A stretch of 64,000 nucleotides of DNA from an uncultured Erysipelotrichaceae bacterium (GTDB taxonomy: Bacteria; Bacillota_I; Bacilli_A; RF39; UBA660). Positions 42,127 through 51,646 of this stretch are shown in pieces. Location of the stretch: positions 3,643 to 67,642 of the forward strand of contig CAUSWF010000004.1 of the NCBI GenBank assembly GCA_963535465.1. The letters are read 5' to 3'. Each line of letters starts with the position of its first letter. The stretch's first letter is position 1. A model generated the notes under the pieces. That model worked only from the letters and a program-made list of their open reading frames with translations. It searched no databases and was not told the origin of the DNA. A program made the translations under genes and the position numbers.

Positions 42127-43647
42127 ATGAAGATAAAATATATAATACCAATACTATTAATATTGATTGTAATGACTACAATAATTTTAAAAATTAAAAG
42201 TAACAAGATTGAAAACTATTATTCTAAATATATAGAAACAACAGGAACAACAAAAATCTATAATGAAAAATATAAAGAGATAGGTACACTAGAAAAAGGC
42301 GTTAGATTAAAAATTTCAAAAATAGAAAATAATGTGTTTAAAATAGAAGATAGTATATATTTAATAGACTATAAAAACACTAAAAAAATTAATAAAATAT
42401 CAGAAACATCAAAAAAATATTTGCCATTGAACTATTCTATAACAAAAGAAAACATTAAAAATAAATATTTTAATTTAAGAAATATTGATTTAGAAGTTAT
42501 AAAAGAAGACAATAAATTTTATAAAGTTAAATTTTTAAATAATATTTACGATATTGAAAAAGAAGGTTTCAAAAGAAAAGAAAAACAGCAGAAAGAAGAA
42601 TACAAAAACAAAATTAGTATACTAAATTATTCAAACGTAACAGATATAAATTATATCGAAAGTCACTTAAAATATCTTAAAGAAAAAGGATATTTATCCG
42701 TAACAGAAGAAGATATAAATGGCATGGTGAATGGGGAAATAAATTTAGAAAAAAAGACAATATTCATTGTTCTAAAAAAAGAAACAAATGAAATAAGAAA
42801 GTTGTTTAAAAAATATAATTACAATTATAAAATATCAAATAAATATATTCTAACCAACTCAAGTTCAAATAAAAAAAGAATATACTCATCATATGATATG
42901 AAGAATATAAATTTAGCTAATTTTGACAAACTATTAAATAATGAAATTATATTTGAAGGAGAAAAGGCCACTAGCATACCAGTAATAAATTATCATTTTT
43001 TCTATGATCCAACACTAGATGAAAAATGTGGAGAGTTAATATGTCTTACAACACAAAAATTTGAAAGCCATCTAAAATATTTAAAGGATAATGGTTACAG
43101 AACTCTGACTATGAGAGAATATGTTGATTGGATATATGGAAGAATAGAACTTCCTAAAAAATCAGTACTATTAACTATAGATGATGGAGCTATGGGTACA
43201 GGAAAACATAATGGTAATAAGTTAAATCCATTATTAGAAAAGTATCAAATTAATGCAACACTATTCCTAATAACAGGATGGTGGAATATAGAAAATTATA
43301 GAGGATATTTCCTTGATATAGAATCTCATACAAATGATATGCATCTAAGAGTAAAGTGTGATAATTTGAATAGAAAAAAGCCACAAATATATTGCAAAAA
43401 CAACAAAGAAATATTAGATGATTTAAAAAAGTCTATTGAAATAACAAATAGTAATGATGCATTTTGCTTTCCATTTTATGCACAAGACGAAAGAACAAGA
43501 AATTTAGTAAAAGAAGCAGGTTTTAAAGTAGCATTTATAGGTGGAAACAGAAGATCAACTAGAAACGATAATAAGATGTTAGAGCCAAGATATCCAATTA
43601 AAGCCAATATAACATTGGAAGAATTTATAAGAATAGTTACAATGTGA
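42127..43647 (+). CDS. membrane-anchored polysaccharide deacetylase (NodB-like) with N-terminal repeat domain
   Basis: N-terminal TM; C-terminal TIDDG...FLITGW NodB-like motifs; repeated ~60-aa N-terminal modules. Confidence 0.65.
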   Translation: MKIKYIIPILLILIVMTTIILKIKSNKIENYYSKYIETTGTTKIYNEKYKEIGTLEKGVRLKISKIENNVFKIEDSIYLIDYKNTKKINKISETSKKYLPLNYSITKENIKNKYFNLRNIDLEVIKEDNKFYKVKFLNNIYDIEKEGFKRKEKQQKEEYKNKISILNYSNVTDINYIESHLKYLKEKGYLSVTEEDINGMVNGEINLEKKTIFIVLKKETNEIRKLFKKYNYNYKISNKYILTNSSSNKKRIYSSYDMKNINLANFDKLLNNEIIFEGEKATSIPVINYHFFYDPTLDEKCGELICLTTQKFESHLKYLKDNGYRTLTMREYVDWIYGRIELPKKSVLLTIDDGAMGTGKHNGNKLNPLLEKYQINATLFLITGWWNIENYRGYFLDIESHTNDMHLRVKCDNLNRKKPQIYCKNNKEILDDLKKSIEITNSNDAFCFPFYAQDERTRNLVKEAGFKVAFIGGNRRSTRNDNKMLEPRYPIKANITLEEFIRIVTM

Positions 43648-43670
43648 TATAATTTAAGTGAGGTGATTAG

Positions 43671-44432
43671 ATGAAAGCATTAATAACAGGTGCATCTTCC
43701 GGAATAGGACTAGCTATGGCTAAATATTTAGCTGAACAAAAGCATGAATTAATATTAGTCGCAAGAAGCAAAGATAAACTAGAAGATATACAGGCTAAAC
43801 TTAATACAAAAGTAACAATAATTGCAGCAGATTTATCTAATGAACAAAAAGTAAAAGAACTATATGTATTAATCAAAAAAGAAAATATAGATATTCTTAT
43901 TAACAATGCAGGATTTGGTATATTTGGCAATTTCTCTGAGATAGATTTAACAAAAGAATTAGAAATGATAAACACTAATGTTAAAGCAGTACATATTTTG
44001 ACTAAATTAGTTTTAAAAGATATGGAAGAAAAAAACTTTGGTTATATACTAAATGTTGCATCATCAGCAGGATTAATGCCTGGAGGGCCTTTAATGGCTA
44101 CATACTATGCAACTAAAGCATATGTAAGGTCTCTAACAGAAGCTATATATTACGAAGAAAAGAAGAAAAAGAAAAACATTAAAGTATCATTGTTGTGCCC
44201 AGGACCTGTTGATACTAATTTTAATAAAGTCGCAGGAGTAAAATTCGGTTTCAAGCCATTAAATGCAGACTATGTAGCAAAATACGCAATAGATAATATG
44301 TTTAAAGGTAAGATGAATATAATTCCAGGAAAGATAATGAAACTAGTAGTAATATTTTCAAAATTTATAAGTGAAAAAAGATTGCTAAAATCTGTATATA
44401 AAACACAAAAGAAGAAGGTAAAAGATGAATAA
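43671..44432 (+). CDS. SDR family oxidoreductase
   Basis: TGASSGIG Rossmann motif, NNAG, catalytic YxxxK (YYATKAY). Confidence 0.8.
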   Translation: MKALITGASSGIGLAMAKYLAEQKHELILVARSKDKLEDIQAKLNTKVTIIAADLSNEQKVKELYVLIKKENIDILINNAGFGIFGNFSEIDLTKELEMINTNVKAVHILTKLVLKDMEEKNFGYILNVASSAGLMPGGPLMATYYATKAYVRSLTEAIYYEEKKKKKNIKVSLLCPGPVDTNFNKVAGVKFGFKPLNADYVAKYAIDNMFKGKMNIIPGKIMKLVVIFSKFISEKRLLKSVYKTQKKKVKDE

Positions 44433-45126
44433 AAAATATCCAAGACACATAGGTATAATACTAGATGGAAATAGAAGGTGGGCTAAAGAAAAAAATCTCC
44501 CAACATTCGAAGGACATAAAAGAGGAATGGATAACATAGTAGAAATAGTTCCATATATAATAAATAAAGGAGTTAAGATACTAAGTGTTTATGCATTTTC
44601 CACAGAAAATTTTAAAAGAAATGAAAGTGAAGTAAAATATCTTATGGATATTTTTGTAACTATGTTTACAGAAAAATTAGATACTCTAAATAATGAAAAT
44701 ATAAAAGTTATATTTTCTGGTAGAAAGACTAAATTAAGAAAAGATGTACTAGAATCAATGTCAGCTATAGAAGAAAAAACAAAGAACAATACAAAAGGTA
44801 TCTTTAATATTTGTATTAACTATGGTGGTCAACAAGAAATAGTTGATTCAGTAAAAAAAGTAGTCGAAGATGTTCAAAATAAAAAACTAGATATATCAAA
44901 ATTAGATGAAAATAAACTATATGAATACATGTATAATAATTTAGGCCCAATGGACTTAATGATAAGAACAAGTGGCGAACAAAGAATAAGTAATTATATG
45001 ATATATGAATTAAGTTATGCTGAATTATACTTTACTTCTACATTCTTCCCTGACTTCAATTCAAATGAATTTGAAAAAGCAATAGATGAGTTTAATAGAA
45101 GAAATAGAAGATTTGGAGGAAATTAA
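44425..45126 (+). CDS. uppS: isoprenyl transferase / undecaprenyl-diphosphate synthase
   Basis: HIGIILDGNRRWA...; cis-prenyltransferase signature. Confidence 0.9.
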   Translation: MNKKYPRHIGIILDGNRRWAKEKNLPTFEGHKRGMDNIVEIVPYIINKGVKILSVYAFSTENFKRNESEVKYLMDIFVTMFTEKLDTLNNENIKVIFSGRKTKLRKDVLESMSAIEEKTKNNTKGIFNICINYGGQQEIVDSVKKVVEDVQNKKLDISKLDENKLYEYMYNNLGPMDLMIRTSGEQRISNYMIYELSYAELYFTSTFFPDFNSNEFEKAIDEFNRRNRRFGGN

Positions 45127-45207
45127 AAACCTAAATAGGTTTTTTTCTTATCTAAAGATTGACAATTAAAAGATATTAAAATAAGATAAATACTAATTGG
45201 AGGGAAT

Positions 45208-45960
45208 ATGATAGAAATAAAAAAATTAACATATAAAAACATATTAAAAGATATATCAATTTCTAACAAATATCCCCTAATTATTATTGCTGGACCTGTC
45301 GCATCAGGGAAAACAATTTTATCTAAAATAATAAATGGTGATATCGAAACAAAAGAACAAATTTATCTAGATAATAAATGCCAAGAAAACTATAAAACGC
45401 TAGAATATTACAAAAAAGTAAGGTTAATAAATGCCGAGTATATAAATAAAGAAATGACTATAAAAGATGATTTAAACCAATATATAGAAGATAATAAAAT
45501 AGAAATAGTATCAAAAGAAAAATTAGAAGAATATGAATTATACAAATATAGAAACTGTAATATAAAAGACTTATCCATAGAAAATCAAATTAAATATAGC
45601 CTATTAAAAAGTATAATATCAAAACCAGAAAATATAATATTAGATAGTATAGATGATTACTTAGAAGAAGAATATTTAATAGATGTAATAGATAAACTAA
45701 AGGCATTAAATATAAAAACAATAATATTATCGAGAAGATTAGATTTGGGAGTATACTCTTCTTACATGTATATAATATCTAAAGGTGAAATTCTATTAGA
45801 GGGATTACCACTAGAAGTAATGAAAGAAGAAAATATATTAAACAAAATAGGACTATCATTACCATATATGGCAGACCTATCAGTAAAATTAATAGATTAT
45901 GATTTATTAGATAATATAGAAAATGATATAGAGGAATTGGTGAGAAAATTATGGAATTAA
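45208..45960 (+). CDS. degenerate ABC-ATPase-like protein at the ecfA1 position
   Basis: Walker A GPVASGKT present; signature degraded (LSIENQ); Walker B lacks catalytic Glu (IILDSIDD); no H-loop. Confidence 0.55.
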   Translation: MIEIKKLTYKNILKDISISNKYPLIIIAGPVASGKTILSKIINGDIETKEQIYLDNKCQENYKTLEYYKKVRLINAEYINKEMTIKDDLNQYIEDNKIEIVSKEKLEEYELYKYRNCNIKDLSIENQIKYSLLKSIISKPENIILDSIDDYLEEEYLIDVIDKLKALNIKTIILSRRLDLGVYSSYMYIISKGEILLEGLPLEVMKEENILNKIGLSLPYMADLSVKLIDYDLLDNIENDIEELVRKLWN

Positions 45961-46712
45961 TATATGAAAACGAATCAATAAGATTTACTCTAAAAAGTGG
46001 TACTATTACATCAATACTAATATCAGAAGAAAAAGTGATAAAGGATACAATACTATTGAAGAACAAAACAAAACTAATAAAAGACAAAGAAAAAATAATA
46101 GGTAAAAAAGCATATAAATATTTTAATAAAATGGAATATATAGAAAAAGAAGTATATATAGATAGAAAATTTAAAACTATAAGAGAATATCTCTTAGATA
46201 AAATAAGAGAAGATAATATAGAATCAAAAAATACATTGAAGAAAATGATATCCTCATTAAAATTAGTGGGTTTACAAAAAGAAATAGATGATGAAATAGG
46301 GATTTTATCAACAGGTGAAATGAAATTATTAAATATCGCAAGATCACTACTTTCAAACCCGGAAATAATAGTATTTGAAGAGATGACACATAATTTATCA
46401 TTTGACTTAGAAAGAGGCCTATATTTATTAATTAATAGATTAAAAGAAGAATTAGACAAAATAATAGTAATAATTACTAAAGATTCAAATATAGCCTACA
46501 CAAAGTCAGATTATGCATATGTAATAGCAAAAAAAAGAATATTAGAAGGAAAATCTAAAGAACTATTCGAAAATGTAAAAGAGTTAAATAAAAATAATAT
46601 TAAATTACCAAAAGCTGTAGAATTAGCTAATAAAATAATAGATAGAAAAATAAATATAACTTATCATAGAGATACAAGAGATATGCTAAAAGATATATAT
46701 AAACATATCTAG
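45951..46712 (+). CDS. degenerate ABC-ATPase-like protein at the ecfA2 position
   Basis: No Walker A; LSTGEMKLL signature-like and IIVFEEMTHN Walker-B-like; overlaps previous gene. Confidence 0.5.
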   Translation: MELIYENESIRFTLKSGTITSILISEEKVIKDTILLKNKTKLIKDKEKIIGKKAYKYFNKMEYIEKEVYIDRKFKTIREYLLDKIREDNIESKNTLKKMISSLKLVGLQKEIDDEIGILSTGEMKLLNIARSLLSNPEIIVFEEMTHNLSFDLERGLYLLINRLKEELDKIIVIITKDSNIAYTKSDYAYVIAKKRILEGKSKELFENVKELNKNNIKLPKAVELANKIIDRKINITYHRDTRDMLKDIYKHI

Positions 46713-46723
46713 AAAGGATAAAT

Positions 46724-47461
46724 ATGAAATTTTTAATAAAATTTGCATATGATGGAACTAATTTTTCTGGATTTCAATATCAACCTGGAAAAAGAACAAT
46801 AGAAGAAGAATTAAATAAAGTATTAACTAAAATTAATAATAATCACAAGACAACTATTGTCGCGACTGGTAGAACAGATGCTAAAGTACATGCCTTATCA
46901 CAATATGCTCATGTAAATTTAGATGTTAACATAACAGAATATAAATTAAAAAGAGCAATGAATTCATATTTAGATGATGATATTCATGTATTGGAAGTAA
47001 AAAAAGTTGATGATAGTTTCCATGCTAGATATAATGTTTTATCTAAAACATATAAATATTATATAAACTTAGGAGAATATAATCCTACAAGAAGAAATTA
47101 TGAATTACAGTACAACCACACTCTAAATATAGAAAAAATGAAGGAAGCAATAAAAGTATTTCTTGGAGAACATGATTATAGAGCTTTTGTAACTCAAAAT
47201 AAAGAAAAAGATAATTGCATAAGAACTATAACAAAAGCCGAAATAGAAGAAAAAAATAATATCTTAATCATAACATTTACCGGAAATGGATTTTTAAGAT
47301 ATCAAGTTAGAAATATGGTAGGAATATTAATTCGAATCGGGGAAAATAAACTAACTAAAGAACAGTTATCTGAAATATTATTATCTTGTGATAGAACAAA
47401 ATCAGGGAAAACTGCTCCAGCATGTGGGCTATATCTAGAAAAAGTAGATTTTAGATATTAA
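46724..47461 (+). CDS. truA: tRNA pseudouridine(38-40) synthase
   Basis: IKFAYDGTNFSGFQ...ATGRTDAKVHA catalytic Asp motif. Confidence 0.9.
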   Translation: MKFLIKFAYDGTNFSGFQYQPGKRTIEEELNKVLTKINNNHKTTIVATGRTDAKVHALSQYAHVNLDVNITEYKLKRAMNSYLDDDIHVLEVKKVDDSFHARYNVLSKTYKYYINLGEYNPTRRNYELQYNHTLNIEKMKEAIKVFLGEHDYRAFVTQNKEKDNCIRTITKAEIEEKNNILIITFTGNGFLRYQVRNMVGILIRIGENKLTKEQLSEILLSCDRTKSGKTAPACGLYLEKVDFRY

Positions 47462-47476
47462 ATGGTTAAAAAAGTA

Positions 47477-47505
47477 TTGATTTTTAAAGGGATTTGAAGT
47501 ATAAT
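47477..47505 (+). promoter_or_regulatory. sigma-A promoter of rplM-rpsI
   Basis: TTGATT - 17 nt - TATAAT. Confidence 0.6.
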
Positions 47506-47511
47506 TCTAAT

Positions 47512-47579
47512 CGGTACATTTAAATCCCCAATGAATTAGATCCTGGGAAAATCTGATTCAAAACAAAGGAGAAGGAAAT
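47512..47579 (+). promoter_or_regulatory. rplM 5' leader (possible L13-leader autoregulatory element)
   Basis: Structured leader GGTACATTTAAATCCCCAATGAATTAGATCCTGGGAAAATC preceding the RBS. Confidence 0.35.
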
Positions 47580-48011
47580 ATGAAAAGTTATACACAAAAG
47601 AAAGAAACAGTAGTACGTAATTGGTATGTTATCGATGCTGAAGGTAAGGCATTAGGTAGAGTAGCATCTTTAGCCGCAACATACTTACGTGGAAAACACA
47701 AACCAACTTACACACCTAATATAGATTGTGGAGATAATATAATTATTATCAATGCTGAAAAAGTATTATTAACAGGAAATAAGTTAAATGATAAAATGTA
47801 TTATAATCACTCTATGTATCCAGGTGGATTAAGAGAAAGAAATGCTAAAGAAATGGTAGAAAACTATCCAGAAGAAATGCTTGAAAGAGCAGTAAAAGGA
47901 ATGCTACCACACACAAGACTTGGAAGACAAATGTTTAGAAAATTATTTGTTTACAAAGGAAATGAACACAAGCATGAAGCACAAAAACCAGCAGTGCTAG
48001 AAGTTAAGTAG
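47580..48011 (+). CDS. rplM: 50S ribosomal protein L13
   Basis: Sequence and synteny. Confidence 0.95.
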   Translation: MKSYTQKKETVVRNWYVIDAEGKALGRVASLAATYLRGKHKPTYTPNIDCGDNIIIINAEKVLLTGNKLNDKMYYNHSMYPGGLRERNAKEMVENYPEEMLERAVKGMLPHTRLGRQMFRKLFVYKGNEHKHEAQKPAVLEVK

Positions 48012-48022
48012 GAGGTTAGGAC

Positions 48023-48448
48023 ATGGCAAAAGAAAAGAAAAATGTATATAGTGGAACTGGTCACAGAAAAACAAGCGTAGCACGTGTTAAACTAACTCCA
48101 GGAACAGGTAAAATAACAGTTAATGGAAGAGATGTTCATGAATATTTCCCAAATGAAATATTAATAATGGACTTAGTACAACCACTAGGATTAACAAACA
48201 CTAAAGAAATGTTTGATGTAGCTGCAGAAGTAAGAGGTGGAGGATTCCAAGGACAAGCAGGAGCTATCCGTTTAGGAATTACAAAAGCATTACTAGAATA
48301 TGATTCAACTACACCAGCTGATTCCGAAAATAGTTTCAGAAAAACATTAAAAGTTAACGGAATGATTACAAGAGATTCTCGTAAGAAAGAACGTAAGAAA
48401 CCAGGATTAAAGGCAGCACGTCGTGCACCACAATTCTCAAAACGTTAG
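48023..48448 (+). CDS. rpsI: 30S ribosomal protein S9
   Basis: Sequence and synteny. Confidence 0.95.
   Translation: MAKEKKNVYSGTGHRKTSVARVKLTPGTGKITVNGRDVHEYFPNEILIMDLVQPLGLTNTKEMFDVAAEVRGGGFQGQAGAIRLGITKALLEYDSTTPADSENSFRKTLKVNGMITRDSRKKERKKPGLKAARRAPQFSKR
48431..48448 (+). repeat. att-like direct repeat, copy 1 (3' end of rpsI)
   Basis: CAATTCTCAAAACGTTAG; second copy CAATTCTCAAACGTTAG at 49311-49327. Confidence 0.6.
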
Positions 48449-48465
48449 AATACATACTATTTATA

Positions 48466-48500
48466 AACCTTGGAATATCAATATTTTCAAGGTTTTTCTT
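48466..48500 (+). terminator. rpsI terminator
   Basis: AAACCTTGGAA...TTCAAGGTTTTTCTTTATTT. Confidence 0.5.
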
Positions 48501-48536
48501 TATTTAAGGTAGCTCTAAATCAGTCCTATTTCGTCT

Positions 48537-48576
48537 GTGTAAGACACACACAAGACACACACAAGACACAAAATAC
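48537..48576 (+). repeat. CA-rich tandem repeat (GTGTAAGACACACACAAGACACACACAAGACACAAAATA)
   Basis: Tandem ACACACAAGACAC units; related copy at 49243-49276. Confidence 0.6.
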
Positions 48577-48643
48577 AAGTGGACTGAATAATTTTAATTT
48601 TTAATCAAAAAATACACTATGTTTTTTATCACAAAGTGTATTT

Positions 48644-48826
48644 TTATTTTAATAAATTTACTGTATCAATTAATTCCTCTATATCCTTATGAGTATAAAC
48701 ACGTTCCGTTAAATCTTTACTTGCATGTCCCATTATTCTTTTAACACATAATTTATTAGCAGTAGTTCTATCCATAAAAGTAGCAAAGGTGTGTCTAGTA
48801 TAATAAAGTTTATGATTTTTATTTAA
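48644..48826 (-). pseudogene. tyrosine recombinase/phage integrase, C-terminal catalytic fragment only
   Basis: Minus-strand translation ...LYYTRHTFATFMDRTTANKLCVKRIMGHASKDLTERVYTHKDIEELIDTVNLLK* carries the R-H-T-x-A...GH...Y-T-H catalytic tail; upstream frame closed by a stop at 48827. Confidence 0.75.
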
Positions 48827-49046
48827 TTAAATATTAAAAAAGTATCAACATAGTCAACTACATTTGATATACATATATTATGAAAGAAGGTAAAAGTTTT
48901 TTTCTTAAAAACGTTTTCTATAAAGAGAACAAAAAAAGAATTGAAATAGCCATAACTATAACAATCCCATTCAAATTTCAAGGAAAAGCCTAAGGGCTTT
49001 CCTTGATATATTATATTATCAAAAATAAAGAAAAATGTCAAAAATT

Positions 49047-49208
49047 ATGAATAAAAGAAAAAGTAATCCAGAATATGCAACTAAATATATAAAAGAAAAT
49101 TATAAAAGACACGAAATAAAATTACAATCTGATGATGAAGAAAAACTACAAACAATTCTAAAAAAATATAATATGAATATTAAAGAATATTTACTTTTAA
49201 AATTATAA
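49047..49208 (+). CDS. small ribbon-helix-helix (CopG/MobC-like) protein, 53 aa
   Basis: KRHEIKLQSDDEEKLQTILKKYNMNIKEYL fits the beta-alpha-alpha RHH pattern; not in ORF track (<60 aa). Confidence 0.35.
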   Translation: MNKRKSNPEYATKYIKENYKRHEIKLQSDDEEKLQTILKKYNMNIKEYLLLKL

Positions 49209-49242
49209 GAAGATTTAAATAAAATTTAGATTAAGTATTGTT

Positions 49243-49276
49243 TAAGTTGTTTTGTGTAAGACACACACAATACACA
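49243..49276 (+). repeat. CA-rich repeat, copy 2
   Basis: TTGTGTAAGACACACACAATACACAAATA. Confidence 0.55.
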
Positions 49277-49310
49277 AATATGCTAAAAATCATTTATATA
49301 CAAAGGACAG

Positions 49311-49327
49311 CAATTCTCAAACGTTAG
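49311..49327 (+). repeat. att-like direct repeat, copy 2 (17/18 match to rpsI 3' end)
   Basis: CAATTCTCAAACGTTAG. Confidence 0.6.
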
Positions 49328-49368
49328 TAAATTATATAAAAAGATATATCTTTATGATGTATTTTTTT

Positions 49369-50904
49369 GTCAATAACTTGGGAAAATGTCTCAAATAATT
49401 TAAAACATTAGCGTTAAGCGTATACATGAATTGTATGCGCTTTTTGTTGCTGCCTTTTAAATACTTCAACTCTCCACGGATGATTCATTGGTGGGATATA
49501 TTTCTTTTTAGGTTTAGTTAATGTCTTAGATAATAAATCTAATTCTTCGGATATTAATTTATGAGTTTTAAGCTCTTGAAGAGCGTAAACTTCATCATCA
49601 ATAGTTAAGAATAAAGATTTATCAAAAGCTTCGATAACTAAGCATTCGCTACCTCTAAAAAAGCATTTTAAATTGGAATTCTCATCAACTGGTTGATAAT
49701 ATTTATTTTTAAATTTAATAGCGTTACCACTATCTATTTTTCTTGTTGTTAAGACAGCTAAAGTATAGTTGATTTTGTTAGCATCAGGAGAAATTTCAAA
49801 AGCGTTTGGAAGTTTTGTATAATCTAAAGCAAATTTATTGTTAAAATTTGGAATAAATGTATTAATTAAATAATTATTTGCATCATCTATGTTATCAATT
49901 CCTTCGATTCTGAGTTCTTGAACAAGGCGACCTTGGAAAGTAGAGTTAGCTCTTTCAATAGTGCCTTTAGCTTGAGAAACACTTGTTGTTTCAAGAGTAA
50001 CACCTAATTGTTTGCAGGCATATCCGAACTGCGTTAAAACATCTTTAGAAGCTGTTCTTTTATCTTTTGATAGTGATTCGTAGTTGAAAACCGTACGATT
50101 ATCTGTTTTGAAAAGAACGGGAATGCCATAGTTTTCAAGTATTTGCTTGAAAACATGATAGTAAGCTTTTAGTGTTTCCTGTTTAGAAAAATAACCACCA
50201 ACAATAGTGCCAGAACATAAATCAATTGCTAAGTGAAGACAGCATTTGCTAGTTCCAAACCAGTTGTGAATAGAACCATCCATTTCAATCACTTCACCAA
50301 CATACTTAGGTTTTTCTTGTCTCGGATGGGCATCTTCTAGACTTATTTGATGTGATATCATTAACTCTATTTCTTTATCTGTTTTCTTTCTGTTTTCTTT
50401 CTTTTTAAGTAATTGTATTTTCTTTAAGTCTCTTCTTGTTTTGCGTCTTAATTTTGGTGAATATATATTATTCTTAGTTAAAGTAGAGTATATAAAGTTA
50501 TAGGACACTTTGATGTTTTCTCTTTCTTCTAATAAATCTTTAAAGTGATTAAAATTACAATCATAGTATTTATTCTGATAAAGTAGTATAATGTTCTGGG
50601 AGAGAGTTAGATCTAGTGTGTTGTTAGGTTTATGTCCTCGGTTGCCGTGGACAAATCCGGATTTGCCTTTCTCCTTATATTTAATAATAAGACGATCTAT
50701 TTGTCTTCTCGATAAATTTAGTTTGATAGCAGCATTATTTTTATTGCCACCATTGTCAACTAAATTTTTTATTATAAAATATTTATTATATTCATTCATT
50801 CTTAATTTTACCTTTCTCATATTGTCACCTCAGTGACATATTATATATTTTAATTGAGACATAATCCAAAGATAATCATTAAGACATTATCACAAGATAA
50901 TCAT
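49369..50904 (-). mobile_element. insertion sequence (~1.5 kb, IS1202/ISNCY-like) flanked by ~30-bp direct repeats
   Basis: Single DDE transposase ORF; AAAAGATATATCTTTATGATGTATTTTTTT at 49339-49368 and 50905-50934; imperfect terminal IRs sharing AATGTCTCAA. Confidence 0.7.
49414..50820 (-). CDS. DDE transposase (N-terminal HTH, rve-type integrase core)
   Basis: HTH (NAAIKLNLSRRQIDRLI); core with D (IEMDGS), D (FKTDNRTVF) and downstream E; 468 aa. Confidence 0.85.
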   Translation of the reverse strand: MRKVKLRMNEYNKYFIIKNLVDNGGNKNNAAIKLNLSRRQIDRLIIKYKEKGKSGFVHGNRGHKPNNTLDLTLSQNIILLYQNKYYDCNFNHFKDLLEERENIKVSYNFIYSTLTKNNIYSPKLRRKTRRDLKKIQLLKKKENRKKTDKEIELMISHQISLEDAHPRQEKPKYVGEVIEMDGSIHNWFGTSKCCLHLAIDLCSGTIVGGYFSKQETLKAYYHVFKQILENYGIPVLFKTDNRTVFNYESLSKDKRTASKDVLTQFGYACKQLGVTLETTSVSQAKGTIERANSTFQGRLVQELRIEGIDNIDDANNYLINTFIPNFNNKFALDYTKLPNAFEISPDANKINYTLAVLTTRKIDSGNAIKFKNKYYQPVDENSNLKCFFRGSECLVIEAFDKSLFLTIDDEVYALQELKTHKLISEELDLLSKTLTKPKKKYIPPMNHPWRVEVFKRQQQKAHTIHVYA

Positions 50905-50959
50905 AAAAGATATATCTTTATGATGTATTTTTTTTGTATTAGAATATGATATAATTTAA

Positions 50960-51646
50960 ATGGAGGTAAATATGAAAAAATATAAAAATATAGTATATGG
51001 TATTATGTTAATATTGTTAGGTATAATAATTGCACTAATAAGTTTGGATATAATACATACAAATTTATTGTTTAAAGGATGGTGGACATTAGTCATTATA
51101 ATCCCATCTATAATAGGATTATTATTTGATGATGATAAATTAGGGAATTTAATATCATTAATAATCGGAATATTACTATTATTAGGCGTAAGAAACATAA
51201 TAGACTATAAAATATTACTAAAATTATTTGTACCAATACTATTAGTAACAGTAGGACTATCACTTATATTAAAAAATATTTTAGAAAGTAAAAAAACTTT
51301 GCAAATAAAAGAGTTAAATAAAGTAAAAGATAATACAAAAGATATATTCGCAACATTATCTAATGAAAATAAAAAAATAATTGGAGAATTTAAAGGAATA
51401 AGTATAGACGCAGTATTTTCCAATGTCGAATTAGATTTAAGAGAAGCAGAAATAAAAAAAGATCAAGTTATAAATGTTTCTACAATATTTTCAGGAGTAA
51501 CAATACTAACTAATAATAATATTAAAGTGATTGTAAAATCAGATTCACTATTTGGAGGAGTATCAAACCATATAGAAGAAAAAGATGAAGCAAAAGCAAT
51601 TTATATAAATGCCTCATGTTTATTTGGAGGAGTTGAGATAAAATGA
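50960..51646 (+). CDS. LiaF-like membrane protein (DUF2154-type)
   Basis: Two N-terminal TM segments plus beta-rich C-domain with GG(V/I) repeats (LFGGVSNH, LFGGVEIK). Confidence 0.5.
   Translation: MEVNMKKYKNIVYGIMLILLGIIIALISLDIIHTNLLFKGWWTLVIIIPSIIGLLFDDDKLGNLISLIIGILLLLGVRNIIDYKILLKLFVPILLVTVGLSLILKNILESKKTLQIKELNKVKDNTKDIFATLSNENKKIIGEFKGISIDAVFSNVELDLREAEIKKDQVINVSTIFSGVTILTNNNIKVIVKSDSLFGGVSNHIEEKDEAKAIYINASCLFGGVEIK

Noticed and set aside
45779-46459. 226-aa minus-strand ORF
   Set aside because: Antisense to the ecfA-like genes; low-complexity with no motif; coding signal is on the + strand.
48537-49276. CA-rich repeats as a possible CRISPR array
   Set aside because: Only two short degenerate blocks, no regular spacer/repeat periodicity, no cas genes; they are dinucleotide-rich repeats associated with the integrase scar.
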